64,000 bases of DNA from Rubripirellula sp. (GTDB lineage Bacteria > Planctomycetota > Planctomycetia > Pirellulales > Pirellulaceae), in assembly GCA_965216875.1 (NCBI GenBank), contig OZ244207.1:5856001-5920000 (forward strand), read 5' to 3'. Below are positions 40,363 to 49,681 of this stretch, piece after piece (position 1 is the first letter of the stretch; the number at the start of each line of letters is the position of its first letter). The notes under the pieces are model-generated. The model made no database searches. It saw only the letters and a program-made list of their open reading frames with translations, and had not been told where the DNA came from. Position numbers and translations under genes: made by a program.

Positions 40363-41324
40363 TGTATGCAGGTATCGACCTCGGCGGAACATCGATCAAA
40401 GCAGCGATTGCAGACGACGTTGGCGAACTACTGCTGAGTCGAACGATCGCGACGGATTCGAATCGTGGTCCCGATGATGTCGTGCAACGGATAGGCGCGC
40501 TTGTTCAAGAGCTTCTTGCCGAGCACGGTGGTGATCAATCACTGGCTGGTCTCGGTATTGGCGTGCCCGGTTTGGTCGACATTGAAAAGGGTGAGACAAA
40601 GTTCCTGCCCAATCTGGCTACACAGTGGCGTGATATTCCGGTTGCCGCAATGCTCGCCAACCAACTTTCTTGCCCGGTTCGATTGCTCAACGACGTTCGC
40701 ACAGCGACCCTCGGCGAGTTGCGGTGGGGCCACGGCAAGGACGATCCGAAAGTCACCATGGCCTTCTTTTCGATCGGCACTGGTATCGGGGGCGGTATCG
40801 CAATTGACGGCCAGTTGCGGCTTGGTCCACTCGGCGCTGCAGGGGAACTTGGCCACCAAACCATCGATCCCAACGGACCACGCTGCGGTTGTGGTAACCG
40901 TGGCTGCCTTGAGGCGTTTGCCAGTGGTCCGGCGATCGCTGGCGCAGGGGTTCGATTGATGCGATCAGGATTGGCGCCGACGCTTCACGATTTGGTTGAC
41001 GGATCAAGCGATCGGGTGACACCGCGTGAAGTCGTCATTGCTGCCGAGCATGACCCGTACGTTCGCGGTGTTCTTGTCGATGCTGGAAAGGCGATTGGGA
41101 TCGCCGCTGCCAACGTTGTAGCGATTCTTCATCCACAGTTGATCGTTCTCGGTGGTGGCGTCGCCGAAGTCGGCCCTTTGCTTAGTGAAACGGTTGCGAA
41201 CGAAATCCACGAACGCATCGGAATGTTTCCTACGGATGATGTTCGCGTTGAACATTCCTTGCTGGGCGAACAAGCCGGCCTAAGAGGCGCGATCGCGCTG
41301 GCGATGCAAGCGGCTCAAAGCTGA
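40362..41324 (+). CDS. ROK-family sugar kinase
   Basis: GIDLGGT, NDVRTATLGE, GTGIGGG, GELGH, CGCGNRGCLE; TGATG coupling to gntR. Confidence 0.93.
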   Translation: MYAGIDLGGTSIKAAIADDVGELLLSRTIATDSNRGPDDVVQRIGALVQELLAEHGGDQSLAGLGIGVPGLVDIEKGETKFLPNLATQWRDIPVAAMLANQLSCPVRLLNDVRTATLGELRWGHGKDDPKVTMAFFSIGTGIGGGIAIDGQLRLGPLGAAGELGHQTIDPNGPRCGCGNRGCLEAFASGPAIAGAGVRLMRSGLAPTLHDLVDGSSDRVTPREVVIAAEHDPYVRGVLVDAGKAIGIAAANVVAILHPQLIVLGGGVAEVGPLLSETVANEIHERIGMFPTDDVRVEHSLLGEQAGLRGAIALAMQAAQS

Positions 41325-41372
41325 AAACATGATTCTACCCCACTCCTTCTCACGTCCCATCGGAGAAACAAG

Positions 41373-42158
41373 GTGAAATACACGTACGAAGAACTGGCAA
41401 ACATGATCGACCACTCGCTGCTGCATCCGACGATGACAGACGCCGATCTTGAAGCGGGTTGCAAACTTGCGGCTCAGTACGATGTCGCCTCGGTCTGCAT
41501 CAAACCCTACGCTGTCAAACAGGCCGTCAAGTGGCTTGCCGGAAGCAGTGTGAAAGTGGGCGCAGTGATTGGCTTTCCGCACGGAAACTCGTGCACGGAA
41601 TCGAAGCGGTATGAAACTGAATTGGCCTGCCGTGATGGCGCAGTCGAAATCGACATGGTGATCAATATTGGCAAAGCGCTCGGCGGCGATTGGGCCTATG
41701 TTGAACAGGACGTCGCAGCGGTGGTCACCGAGGCTCACAAACACGGCGCGAAAGTCAAAGTCATCTTTGAAAACGACTATTTGACCGAAGGCGGCGCGGG
41801 GCTTTCGAGTGACGACTTCAAGCGTCGCCTGTGCGAGATCTGTGAGCGCGCCGGCGTCGATTGGGTGAAGACCTCGTCAGGTTACGGGTTCGTCAAACAA
41901 GCTGACGGAAGCTACTCGTACAAAGGCGCAACGGAACACGATCTGAAACTGATGCGAGCCAGTTGCAGCGAAAAGGTTCAAGTCAAAGCGGCTGGCGGAG
42001 TGCGGGATCTTGACGGACTGATCCACGTCCGCGATCTGGGCGGATCGCGGTGCGGCGCGACAGCGACCGCAGCAATGCTCGATGAATATCGCAAGCGGGA
42101 ATCGGCTGGCGATGATTCCAACGAAGCCGCCGGTCAGATCGGCCAAGGGGGTTACTGA
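41373..42158 (+). CDS. deoC: Deoxyribose-phosphate aldolase
   Basis: IDHSLLHP, VIGFPHG, EIDMVINIG, KVIFE, WVKTSSGY (Schiff-base Lys), VKAAGGVR. Confidence 0.93.
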   Translation: MKYTYEELANMIDHSLLHPTMTDADLEAGCKLAAQYDVASVCIKPYAVKQAVKWLAGSSVKVGAVIGFPHGNSCTESKRYETELACRDGAVEIDMVINIGKALGGDWAYVEQDVAAVVTEAHKHGAKVKVIFENDYLTEGGAGLSSDDFKRRLCEICERAGVDWVKTSSGYGFVKQADGSYSYKGATEHDLKLMRASCSEKVQVKAAGGVRDLDGLIHVRDLGGSRCGATATAAMLDEYRKRESAGDDSNEAAGQIGQGGY

Positions 42159-42456
42159 GCGCCGAGCTTTTCTCACGCTCCAGTCCCAACCCAGAGTTCA
42201 GGTCGTAAACCATCGTGTTCACAGACTTGTGGGCTCGAAAGCTTCAGCACGGTTGTTGGGCCGAAGGTCCTGGCATTTGCCTAGCCGAGTCCGTAGGACT
42301 GGGTTGTCAATCTCAACGATGACCGAGGGCCGAAGGCCCGACCATTTGTCTGCTGGCAATTCGTTGTCACGGCATCTTGCCTAAAATGGGCCGGTCGTTG
42401 ACGTGATGGCTGCCTCCAACACCAGCCATCGGGCTACGCGAAAAGGAAAATCAAGC

Positions 42457-42722
42457 ATGCCACCCCTGATGCGTTTAAACGTTGTTGCGCTATTCGCGAT
42501 GGCTACCTTGTTGCAATTTTCGAATGCCGATGATGGCATCGTTGCGGCAAGATCAACTTAACACTCGCCGACGGCAAGGAACGCACATTCACGGCCGATG
42601 AAATCGAAGACTACTGGGCATCGCCCAATTCATTGATGCCCAGTGGTCTCGAGTCAACAATGACGACCGAAGAGTTCCGTGACCTGTTAGCCTTTCTACA
42701 GTCAAACACCGGCGTTGAATAA
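42457..42722 (+). pseudogene. Internally deleted remnant of an exported PVC-type heme-binding/dehydrogenase protein
   Basis: RBS plus signal-peptide ORF MPPLMRLNVVALFAMATLLQFSNADDG.. (42457-42561), joined out of frame to GKINLTLADGKERTFTADEIEDYWASPNSLMPSGLESTMTTEEFRDLLAFLQS (42546-42722), resembling the C-terminal SLMP.GL...RDLLAFL end of planctomycete heme-binding domains. Confidence 0.6.
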
Positions 42723-42921
42723 AACTCTGCAACGATGACGCTTACGCCGCTGGCGGCCGAGTGATCGCTGTCTTTCCAAGTATGAATTGGGTGTTCGCAG
42801 CATCGATGAGAGCCGTTTGCAGAGCGGATCCGAAATGGCCAGCAAGAACGATGACTTGCCGTGCGTCTACTCTTCTGACGGCTCAACGCTTTCCCCTTTC
42901 TACACTCCCAGAGGATTGATC

Positions 42922-43131
42922 ATGTCATCCGCCGATACCCAAACATGGCCCGAACTCGCCATCGGTCTTTACGACAAGCTTACCGGTCGCAACGCGGAAA
43001 TCAGCTATGCGTTTGACGATTTTCAAGTCAACATTCCCAGCTCAACATCCAACCAAGCCGAACAGGCGACTTGGCGGATGAACGGAACGTTGCGAATTTC
43101 GACGCGTAACGCCGAAAACCAAAATGATTGA
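42922..43131 (+). CDS. Small conserved hypothetical protein
   Basis: GAGGA RBS; 69 aa TWPELAIGLYDKLTGRNAEISY...W.MNGTLRIST; overlaps the next ORF. Confidence 0.7.
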   Translation: MSSADTQTWPELAIGLYDKLTGRNAEISYAFDDFQVNIPSSTSNQAEQATWRMNGTLRISTRNAENQND

Positions 43132-43438
43132 TCAAAAAGCGATCTTCATCGTTGCGGATTTGGATTGCATGCTTAACAACAAGCCGGTTCGAATCCGCAA
43201 CAACGGTGATGATCAAATCAGCATCGAATTCTCTGACTTCCGATCGCTGCTGGTTGCGTGGCGAATCATGAGGCCCGCGGGTCGAGACAAGTCCATGAGT
43301 CTATTGAGTGTTCTGGATCAGATGGTGGACGTGAAAGTCCGTGGCCGGACGCTTTGCCAATTCAACGCACCACCAAATTGGCTTGCTCGATTGTTGCGAC
43401 TATCGAAAGCGCGCGTTCATCTTTTTGCTCACACTTGA
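43124..43438 (+). CDS. Hypothetical protein, translationally coupled to the previous gene
   Basis: 104-aa ORF with an 8-nt overlap. Confidence 0.6.
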   Translation: MIDQKAIFIVADLDCMLNNKPVRIRNNGDDQISIEFSDFRSLLVAWRIMRPAGRDKSMSLLSVLDQMVDVKVRGRTLCQFNAPPNWLARLLRLSKARVHLFAHT

Positions 43439-43584
43439 TCACTCACTGTCGTAGGCCGCATCAGGGAGCGACAGCGACACAGATCCGGCACAGTGGAAGG
43501 ATCCGTCACAAGCCGCAAGGCGATCATTCACGACTATCCCAGTCCAGCACACGGGGTAATGCCGCGTGTTGCCTCTCGTCACCT

Positions 43585-45081
43585 TCAATCGCTTCGTCGT
43601 TCTGCGACTCTTTTTATCCCATTGATCATTCGGGGAAAGACGAAAAAGTGGAGCGGAAGTACGGCGTACCAATAAAGCAAGCCAAGCAAGCCGCGCGGAC
43701 GAAACCGAGCTGTCTGGGTCACTCTTGATCGCGATGGTCCACAGTCTTCCACGACGAACTCAAGTTCCGCTTCACCTGGGAGTTTCATTTCAGCGTGCAA
43801 GCGGAGCAACTGATTCGGCTCGTATCCGTTGACCCGCCAGAAGTCGATGACTTCGCCGTAGGAAACATTTTCGGGGTCACGTCGACCACGCCTGAGTCCG
43901 GGACCACCAATGACTTTGTCCATCAACCCGCGCAGCCACCAAAGCCAATCGGCTCCCCAGTAACCGTGTTTGCCGCCGATCCGACAAAGTGCGTTGAATG
44001 TAGCCTCGGCGCTTGCATCAACATCTCGGCTGCGTTCGTCTTGAAAAACGGTTCCGCCCGACCACTGTGGATCGCCCGGCATTTCACCTGCGGTCGACCA
44101 ACGCGTTTCAACATCACCGCTCTGCAAGCGACCGAGCGCCGCGTCGATCGCTTCTTCGACGGTAAACAGCGGACCGGGCATCAATTCCTGCGCCATGTTG
44201 TCCCGGCACACCGTCCGGTTTCGCAATCCTTCGGCCAGCGGGCGGGCGATACTCGAGTTCACCGGCGTGACGAGCGAGATCCAGAGCGAACTGAGCCGAG
44301 GCGTGAGAACAGGTACGGGAACGATCAACCGCCGCGGCAGCCCGATCGACTTTGCCATCTGTACCATCAACGCCTGGTACGTCTTCACTTCTGCGCCGCC
44401 AATGTCGATTACCTTTCCAGCTGTTTGCTCAACCTCGAGACACTGAACCATGTATCGCAGAACGTCTCGAATCGCGATGGGCTGAGTCTCGGTTTTGACC
44501 CACTTGGGTGTGATCATGATTGGCAAACGCTCAACCAAGTACCTTAGGATCTCGAACGAGGCTGAACCCGAACCGATGATCATCGCAGCACGAAAAACAG
44601 TCGACGGGATTTCGCTTTGCTGCAAGATCTCTGCCACCTCACGTCGACTGCGAAGGTGAGCGCTCAGGTTTGGACCAAGTTCGCCCAGACCGCCAAGGTA
44701 GATGATTCGCTTGCATGAACAGTCTTTAGCGGCCGCAAGAAAATTCGACGCGAGTTCGCGATCACGATCGGCGTAGTCGGAACCGGCGCTGATCATCGCG
44801 TGAACGAGATAGTAAACGACGTCAATGTTTTCAACAGCGCGGCGAATCGAATCGACATCACCCAAATCGCCTGAAACGACTTCAAGCCTTTCATTCTCGC
44901 ACCAGGGAAAGGCTTTCGTCTTTTCGGGGCTGCGAACCATGCAGCGTACGAGATGCCCCTCATCCAAAAGCCGGGGTACCAGTCGCCCGCCGACATATCC
45001 AGTCGCGCCGCAAACGAGAATTCGACGCGAGCCTCCCGCCAGTCCCTCATCAATCGTTGATCGGCCCAGTGCGTCGGTCAC
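43585..45081 (-). CDS. Atypical SDR NAD(P)-binding protein with C-terminal DUF2867 (YbjT-like)
   Basis: GATGYVGGRL, YYLVH, IIGSGSASFEILRYLVERLP, LWWLRG.MD..IGG, DFWRV, AEMKLPG. Confidence 0.9.
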   Translation of the reverse strand: MTDALGRSTIDEGLAGGSRRILVCGATGYVGGRLVPRLLDEGHLVRCMVRSPEKTKAFPWCENERLEVVSGDLGDVDSIRRAVENIDVVYYLVHAMISAGSDYADRDRELASNFLAAAKDCSCKRIIYLGGLGELGPNLSAHLRSRREVAEILQQSEIPSTVFRAAMIIGSGSASFEILRYLVERLPIMITPKWVKTETQPIAIRDVLRYMVQCLEVEQTAGKVIDIGGAEVKTYQALMVQMAKSIGLPRRLIVPVPVLTPRLSSLWISLVTPVNSSIARPLAEGLRNRTVCRDNMAQELMPGPLFTVEEAIDAALGRLQSGDVETRWSTAGEMPGDPQWSGGTVFQDERSRDVDASAEATFNALCRIGGKHGYWGADWLWWLRGLMDKVIGGPGLRRGRRDPENVSYGEVIDFWRVNGYEPNQLLRLHAEMKLPGEAELEFVVEDCGPSRSRVTQTARFRPRGLLGLLYWYAVLPLHFFVFPRMINGIKRVAERRSD

Positions 45082-45160
45082 AATTTCTCCAATGAAACTC
45101 TGCGATGTTACCGGTCAGTGTAGATGTTTGCACAGACCAGCAAGGCAAAAGTCGCTCGTA

Positions 45161-45660
45161 TTCCGGAGGCTCACGCCACCGGCATGAAATATGTCGGCCT
45201 CCGGCCTAAAGCGCTAAACACATCCCGCCTAGCCCGGAGGGCGACACAAGAACTGACGGGGTCGTTAGACCCCGGTGATGAAAACGAAAACTGACCAAGC
45301 CCGAAGGGCGACACAATTCCAATGTATCGCCCTCCGGGCTGAGATTTGCTTCGCTCGTTTTCCGGTGGCTCACGCCACCGGCAAGGAATATGTCGGCCTT
45401 CGGCCTAAGCAGTATTGGACTGAGCGCTAAACGCGTCCGCTTAGCCCGGAGGGCGGAACAAGAATTGCCGGGGTCGTAAGACCCCGGTGATGAAAACGAG
45501 AAGTGTCCAAGCCCGGAGGGCGACACAAGTCCAATGTATCGCCCTCCGGGCTGAGATTCGCTTCGCTCGTTTTCCGGTGGCTCACGCCACCGGCATGAAA
45601 TATGTCGGCCTCCGGCCTAAGCGCAAAACGCGTCCCGCCTAGCCCGGAGGGCGACACAAG
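45161..45660. repeat. Tandem array (~2.4 copies, ~200-212 bp unit) of composite REP-like elements
   Basis: TCCGG(A/T)GGCTCACGCCACCGGCA recurs at ~45162, 45361 and 45573; each unit holds AGCCCGGAGGGCGACAC and its inverse TCGCCCTCCGGGCT. Confidence 0.9.
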
Positions 45661-45758
45661 CCACCCTTTGACCGCTCAACGACAATTGTTCCGTACATCT
45701 TGCAGTGTGGCTAAACTGCATCTGAGTAGCGACAATTGATCGATCTTGTTGAGGAATT

Positions 45759-46847
45759 TTGGCTTTGAGCGTTTGCATTCTGGGAATCGGTACGGCTGTA
45801 CCCGAATACACGATGAGCCAGGATGAGGCGATGGAGATGTCGGCCGACCTCATCTGTCGCGACCGCCGCGAAGAGCGGTTGATGCGGGCGATCTTGAAGC
45901 GTTCGCAGGTAAAGAACCGCCACACCTGTCTGCCCTACGAGACCGCGTACCGTTGGATCGACAAAGTGTGTGACCGGGGTGCGTCGCCTGGAATCACGAC
46001 AAAAGAACGAATGGCGATCTACGCTGACCACGCCGGTCCGCTGTCTGTCGCATCGGCGACTCAGGCACTTTCCGTGTCACAAGTGGACGCCGACGAAATC
46101 ACCCATCTAGTCACAGTCACTTGCACAGGTTTTGAAGCTCCCGGTGTCGATATTCACTTGATCGAATCACTCGGTCTTCCCCGCAACACTCAGCGTATCC
46201 AAGTCGGATACATGGGTTGCCACGGAGCAATCAACGCAATGCGCGTCGCGGACGCGATCGGTCGCTCGGATCCTTCAAGCAAAACGTTGGTTTGTGCGAC
46301 TGAGTTATGTAGTCTGCATTATCGCACGCAGTGGGACGATGAGCGGATGCTTGGAAACGCACTCTTTGCGGACGGATCGGCTGCATTTGTCAGCGGCCAA
46401 GCCAAACCGGAGCAACTTCCGGTCGCTTCCATCAAGTCGACGGCATCCTACCTTGCGCCCGATTCCAGAGAGTTGATGTCTTGGACAATTTCCAACCACG
46501 GGTTCGAGATGACGTTGTCGAACCTTGTCCCCGATGCCATCCAACAGACCCTTCGACCGTGGCTCAATGGCTGGCTCGATTCCCAAGGACTCACGCTGAA
46601 TGGCATTGGCTCATGGGCGGTTCATCCGGGAGGCCCACGCATCCTACGTGCGGTTGAAGAATCGCTTCAATTGCAGCCAGATGCCTTGGATGTTTCTCGG
46701 GGAGTTTTGCGTGAATACGGAAACATGTCTTCGCCGACCGTCTTGTTCGTTCTCGATCGGCTAACAACACAAGCGGCAGCGAAACCTTGCGTCGCCTTGT
46801 CGTTCGGCCCAGGCTTGATGATCGAAGCCGCCTTGCTTGACGGTTGA
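45759..46847 (+). CDS. Type III polyketide synthase (chalcone synthase-like)
   Basis: Catalytic triad GYMGCHG, AVHPGG, GNMSSPTV; LFADG and FGPGL. TTG start at 45759 or 45765. Confidence 0.94.
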   Translation: MALSVCILGIGTAVPEYTMSQDEAMEMSADLICRDRREERLMRAILKRSQVKNRHTCLPYETAYRWIDKVCDRGASPGITTKERMAIYADHAGPLSVASATQALSVSQVDADEITHLVTVTCTGFEAPGVDIHLIESLGLPRNTQRIQVGYMGCHGAINAMRVADAIGRSDPSSKTLVCATELCSLHYRTQWDDERMLGNALFADGSAAFVSGQAKPEQLPVASIKSTASYLAPDSRELMSWTISNHGFEMTLSNLVPDAIQQTLRPWLNGWLDSQGLTLNGIGSWAVHPGGPRILRAVEESLQLQPDALDVSRGVLREYGNMSSPTVLFVLDRLTTQAAAKPCVALSFGPGLMIEAALLDG

Positions 46848-46871
46848 GAGCAAGCTCGAGGGTTGCGACCA

Positions 46872-48056
46872 CTAGCGAGTGAAAGGACGGTTGAGTGATT
46901 TGACCAAGGGTCGCGCCAACATTGGGAAATAGGAAAGTCCCCAAGCAGCCGAACGCACCAAGCGAGGGTATCGCAGCAGTCGACTCACGACACGACACTT
47001 GCTCATGCGACCTCCCAACAACCGCTTCCTTTCCATAGCCCACTGCGGGCCGGTGTGAACCGTCCCTGCGTCGAGCGACTTCAGCGCAAGCGGCGCAACG
47101 GCTATCCCTGACGCCAAAGCCCAAGCCATTCCTTCTCCGGTAAAAGGCTCGACGTACCCGGCAGCGTCTCCAACGACAAAAAACCGATCGCCGAAGACCA
47201 TCGGCCTCGTTTGCGAGAGCTTCGCCGTTCCGCGCCAGTGAGCCGATTCAACCAGTTCGTGCATCGGGAGCCCTGCCGATTGGGTAATCCGGCTTGTCAA
47301 ACTTCCGATGCCGCCAGCTTGCTTCACTTCGTCAGCGTCCAACGCAGCCGCCATATCGAGGCGTCCATCCTCAAGCCGAACGAAACCGACATAGCCACTC
47401 GGATCGCACGCCATGTAAATCGTATGGGGCGCGTATCCTTCGAACGCGTGATCCAGAATCGCACCAGCACCAATCCTTGAACCGGGATCTGTTGCCCGTG
47501 GGTCGTCGACTTGGTCGCTAAACATTCGCCGCCCAAGCCCCGCAGCAACAATCACGATCCGAGCGTTTGCTTGTTCTTGCACCGACGACTGTTTCAGTCG
47601 CACGGTGCATGAACGCTCATCGCTTTGGCTGATGCTCGCTCGGGTGTCAACCAACAACGCTGCTCCCGCTCGAACCGCGGCGTTGGTCAATTCCAGATCC
47701 AAGCGTTCCCTCGACAGCGACACACCTCCATCGAGCACGATCGGAACGTGCCTCCGTCCGCTCGCCAATACGAATCGCTCCAAGCGCGGCGCACGACATT
47801 GGGCAGCCAAGTCTCCGAGGCCAATTCGATCGAGTTCTTGAAGTGCAGCACCGTTGAGACAACAACCACACACCTTTCCGCGCGGCAGTTGGTGCTCGTT
47901 GACCAACAGCACTCGCGCACCCGCCAAAGCACATTGCCTAGCAGCGATCGCACCCGAAGGTCCAGCGCCAATGACCAACACATCCCACTCACTCTGGGTC
48001 GCCTCGGTCATCGTGATCGTTTCTGGCTGCGGCATGCTCGATCCCGAAAATGCCAT
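46872..48056 (-). CDS. FAD-dependent oxidoreductase (geranylgeranyl reductase-like)
   Basis: DVLVIGAGPSG, PRGKVCGCCL, VGDAAGYVEPFTGEGMAWAL. Start is uncertain. Confidence 0.9.
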   Translation of the reverse strand: MAFSGSSMPQPETITMTEATQSEWDVLVIGAGPSGAIAARQCALAGARVLLVNEHQLPRGKVCGCCLNGAALQELDRIGLGDLAAQCRAPRLERFVLASGRRHVPIVLDGGVSLSRERLDLELTNAAVRAGAALLVDTRASISQSDERSCTVRLKQSSVQEQANARIVIVAAGLGRRMFSDQVDDPRATDPGSRIGAGAILDHAFEGYAPHTIYMACDPSGYVGFVRLEDGRLDMAAALDADEVKQAGGIGSLTSRITQSAGLPMHELVESAHWRGTAKLSQTRPMVFGDRFFVVGDAAGYVEPFTGEGMAWALASGIAVAPLALKSLDAGTVHTGPQWAMERKRLLGGRMSKCRVVSRLLRYPRLVRSAAWGLSYFPMLARPLVKSLNRPFTR

Positions 48057-48181
48057 TTCGTCTTTCACCCTGTCCACGCGAACCCGATCGGCCGCCTTGT
48101 CGGGTCCAATCTAAACTACACTACAAGTCCCCGCGCATCATCGCGATTGCCACGTCAATATCGAAATGCCAAAGCCCCACC

Positions 48182-49531
48182 ATGAAGACACTCACGATTC
48201 TCACTTTCATCGGGTTGTGCCTGGTCCTCCACCCGTCCAACGCCGATGTCGGCGCCGCTGAAACGCCTTCCAAACCCAACATTGTCCTGATCTTTGTTGA
48301 CGACTTGGGGTATGGCGACCTCGGCTGTTACGGGCAACAGCAGATCAAGACTCCCAACATCGACCAACTTGCTCGCGATGGCCAACGATGGACCAGTTTT
48401 TACGCTGCGGGAAACTTTTGCGTCCCCAGTCGCAAGGGATTGATGAGCGGTCGGCACCCCGCGCTTCTGAAGCGTCAACCTTTAGCGAGCGATCGCGATG
48501 CTCTGCTTCCGGCGATGCTGAAACGAAATGGGTACGCAACCGCCATCCTTGGTAAGTGGCACTTGGCTGGCTACCCAAAAGATTTCACCCAGTCGCCAAT
48601 GCACCCGCTTGAGTGTGGATTCGATGATCACTTTGGCACACCCGGTAGTAACGATGCGCCTGGTCCACCTCTCCAAACGCGCGAAGCATTCGACAAGGCG
48701 ACTCCATCGACGTGGAAGATCCCACTCATTCGCGGTCGTGAAGTGGTCGAAGTTCCTGCAAAACAAGACTTGTTCACCAAACGCTATACCGAAGAAGCAG
48801 TTCGCTGGATTGCGCGAAAGAAGGACCAGCCGTTCTTTCTCTACTTGGCGCACAACATGCCTCATGCCCCCGTCTTCGCGTCGGATTCATTCCAAGGACG
48901 CAGCCAAGGCGGACGCTTCGGCGACGTTGTGGAAGAAATCGACTGGTCCGTCGGCACAGTACGTCAAGCGATTCGAGATGCTGGAATTGAGGAACAGACC
49001 TTAATCATCTTTACCAGCGACAATGGTCCTTGGACCGTGTTTGGTCCGCATGGCGGAACCGCTCATCCGCTCCGCGGCGAAAAAAGCACCACATGGGAAG
49101 GCGGCAGCCGAGTGCCGGCGATCTTCGCGTGGCCCGGCACGATTCAGCCGTCGGTGGTTGATGGGATTGGTGTGAACCTCGACCTTTACGCCACGTTTGC
49201 AGCGTTGATCGGCGACGACGACCTGCCAACGAACAAGCCTGGTTGGATGTCGACCGACCTGAGCGGGACGCTCCTGTCCGGCCAGCCCAGTGCGCGCAAA
49301 TCGTGGTACTACGGGCCCGCTGCATACCGATCTGGAAAATACAAAATCATCCGTCGAACCAATCCACCGACCGATCCCATCACTCGAAAGAAACGCAAGG
49401 GAACGTTTCACGACCCGCCGTTGTTGTTTGATCTTGAATCCGACATCGGCGAACAAAACAATCTCGCCGAGCAACATCCCGACGTCGTCAAACGACTGAC
49501 CGACGATGCCGACGCAATCGCAAATCGGTAA
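48182..49531 (+). CDS. Cys-type sulfatase, exported
   Basis: KPNIVLIFVDDLGYGD, CVPSRKGLMSGR, GKWHL, TSDNGP, EKSTTWEGGSRVP. Confidence 0.93.
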   Translation: MKTLTILTFIGLCLVLHPSNADVGAAETPSKPNIVLIFVDDLGYGDLGCYGQQQIKTPNIDQLARDGQRWTSFYAAGNFCVPSRKGLMSGRHPALLKRQPLASDRDALLPAMLKRNGYATAILGKWHLAGYPKDFTQSPMHPLECGFDDHFGTPGSNDAPGPPLQTREAFDKATPSTWKIPLIRGREVVEVPAKQDLFTKRYTEEAVRWIARKKDQPFFLYLAHNMPHAPVFASDSFQGRSQGGRFGDVVEEIDWSVGTVRQAIRDAGIEEQTLIIFTSDNGPWTVFGPHGGTAHPLRGEKSTTWEGGSRVPAIFAWPGTIQPSVVDGIGVNLDLYATFAALIGDDDLPTNKPGWMSTDLSGTLLSGQPSARKSWYYGPAAYRSGKYKIIRRTNPPTDPITRKKRKGTFHDPPLLFDLESDIGEQNNLAEQHPDVVKRLTDDADAIANR

Positions 49532-49681
49532 GCATCAATCTCATTCTTGCCCCCTTCCTTTCCCATTCCTTTCCAGAGGGTGCCCGTAGCGACCGCATGC
49601 CCACCCAACCAGACTCGAGCCCTCATACAACTGCAATGACAATGTACATTTGCAATAGAAAACACCGAGGGTCTTTGTTCG

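Noticed and set aside
45206..45657. ORFs of 76-106 aa in the tandem repeat; possible CRISPR
   Set aside because: Both ORFs are repeat-derived, and the units are near-identical throughout with no unique spacers.
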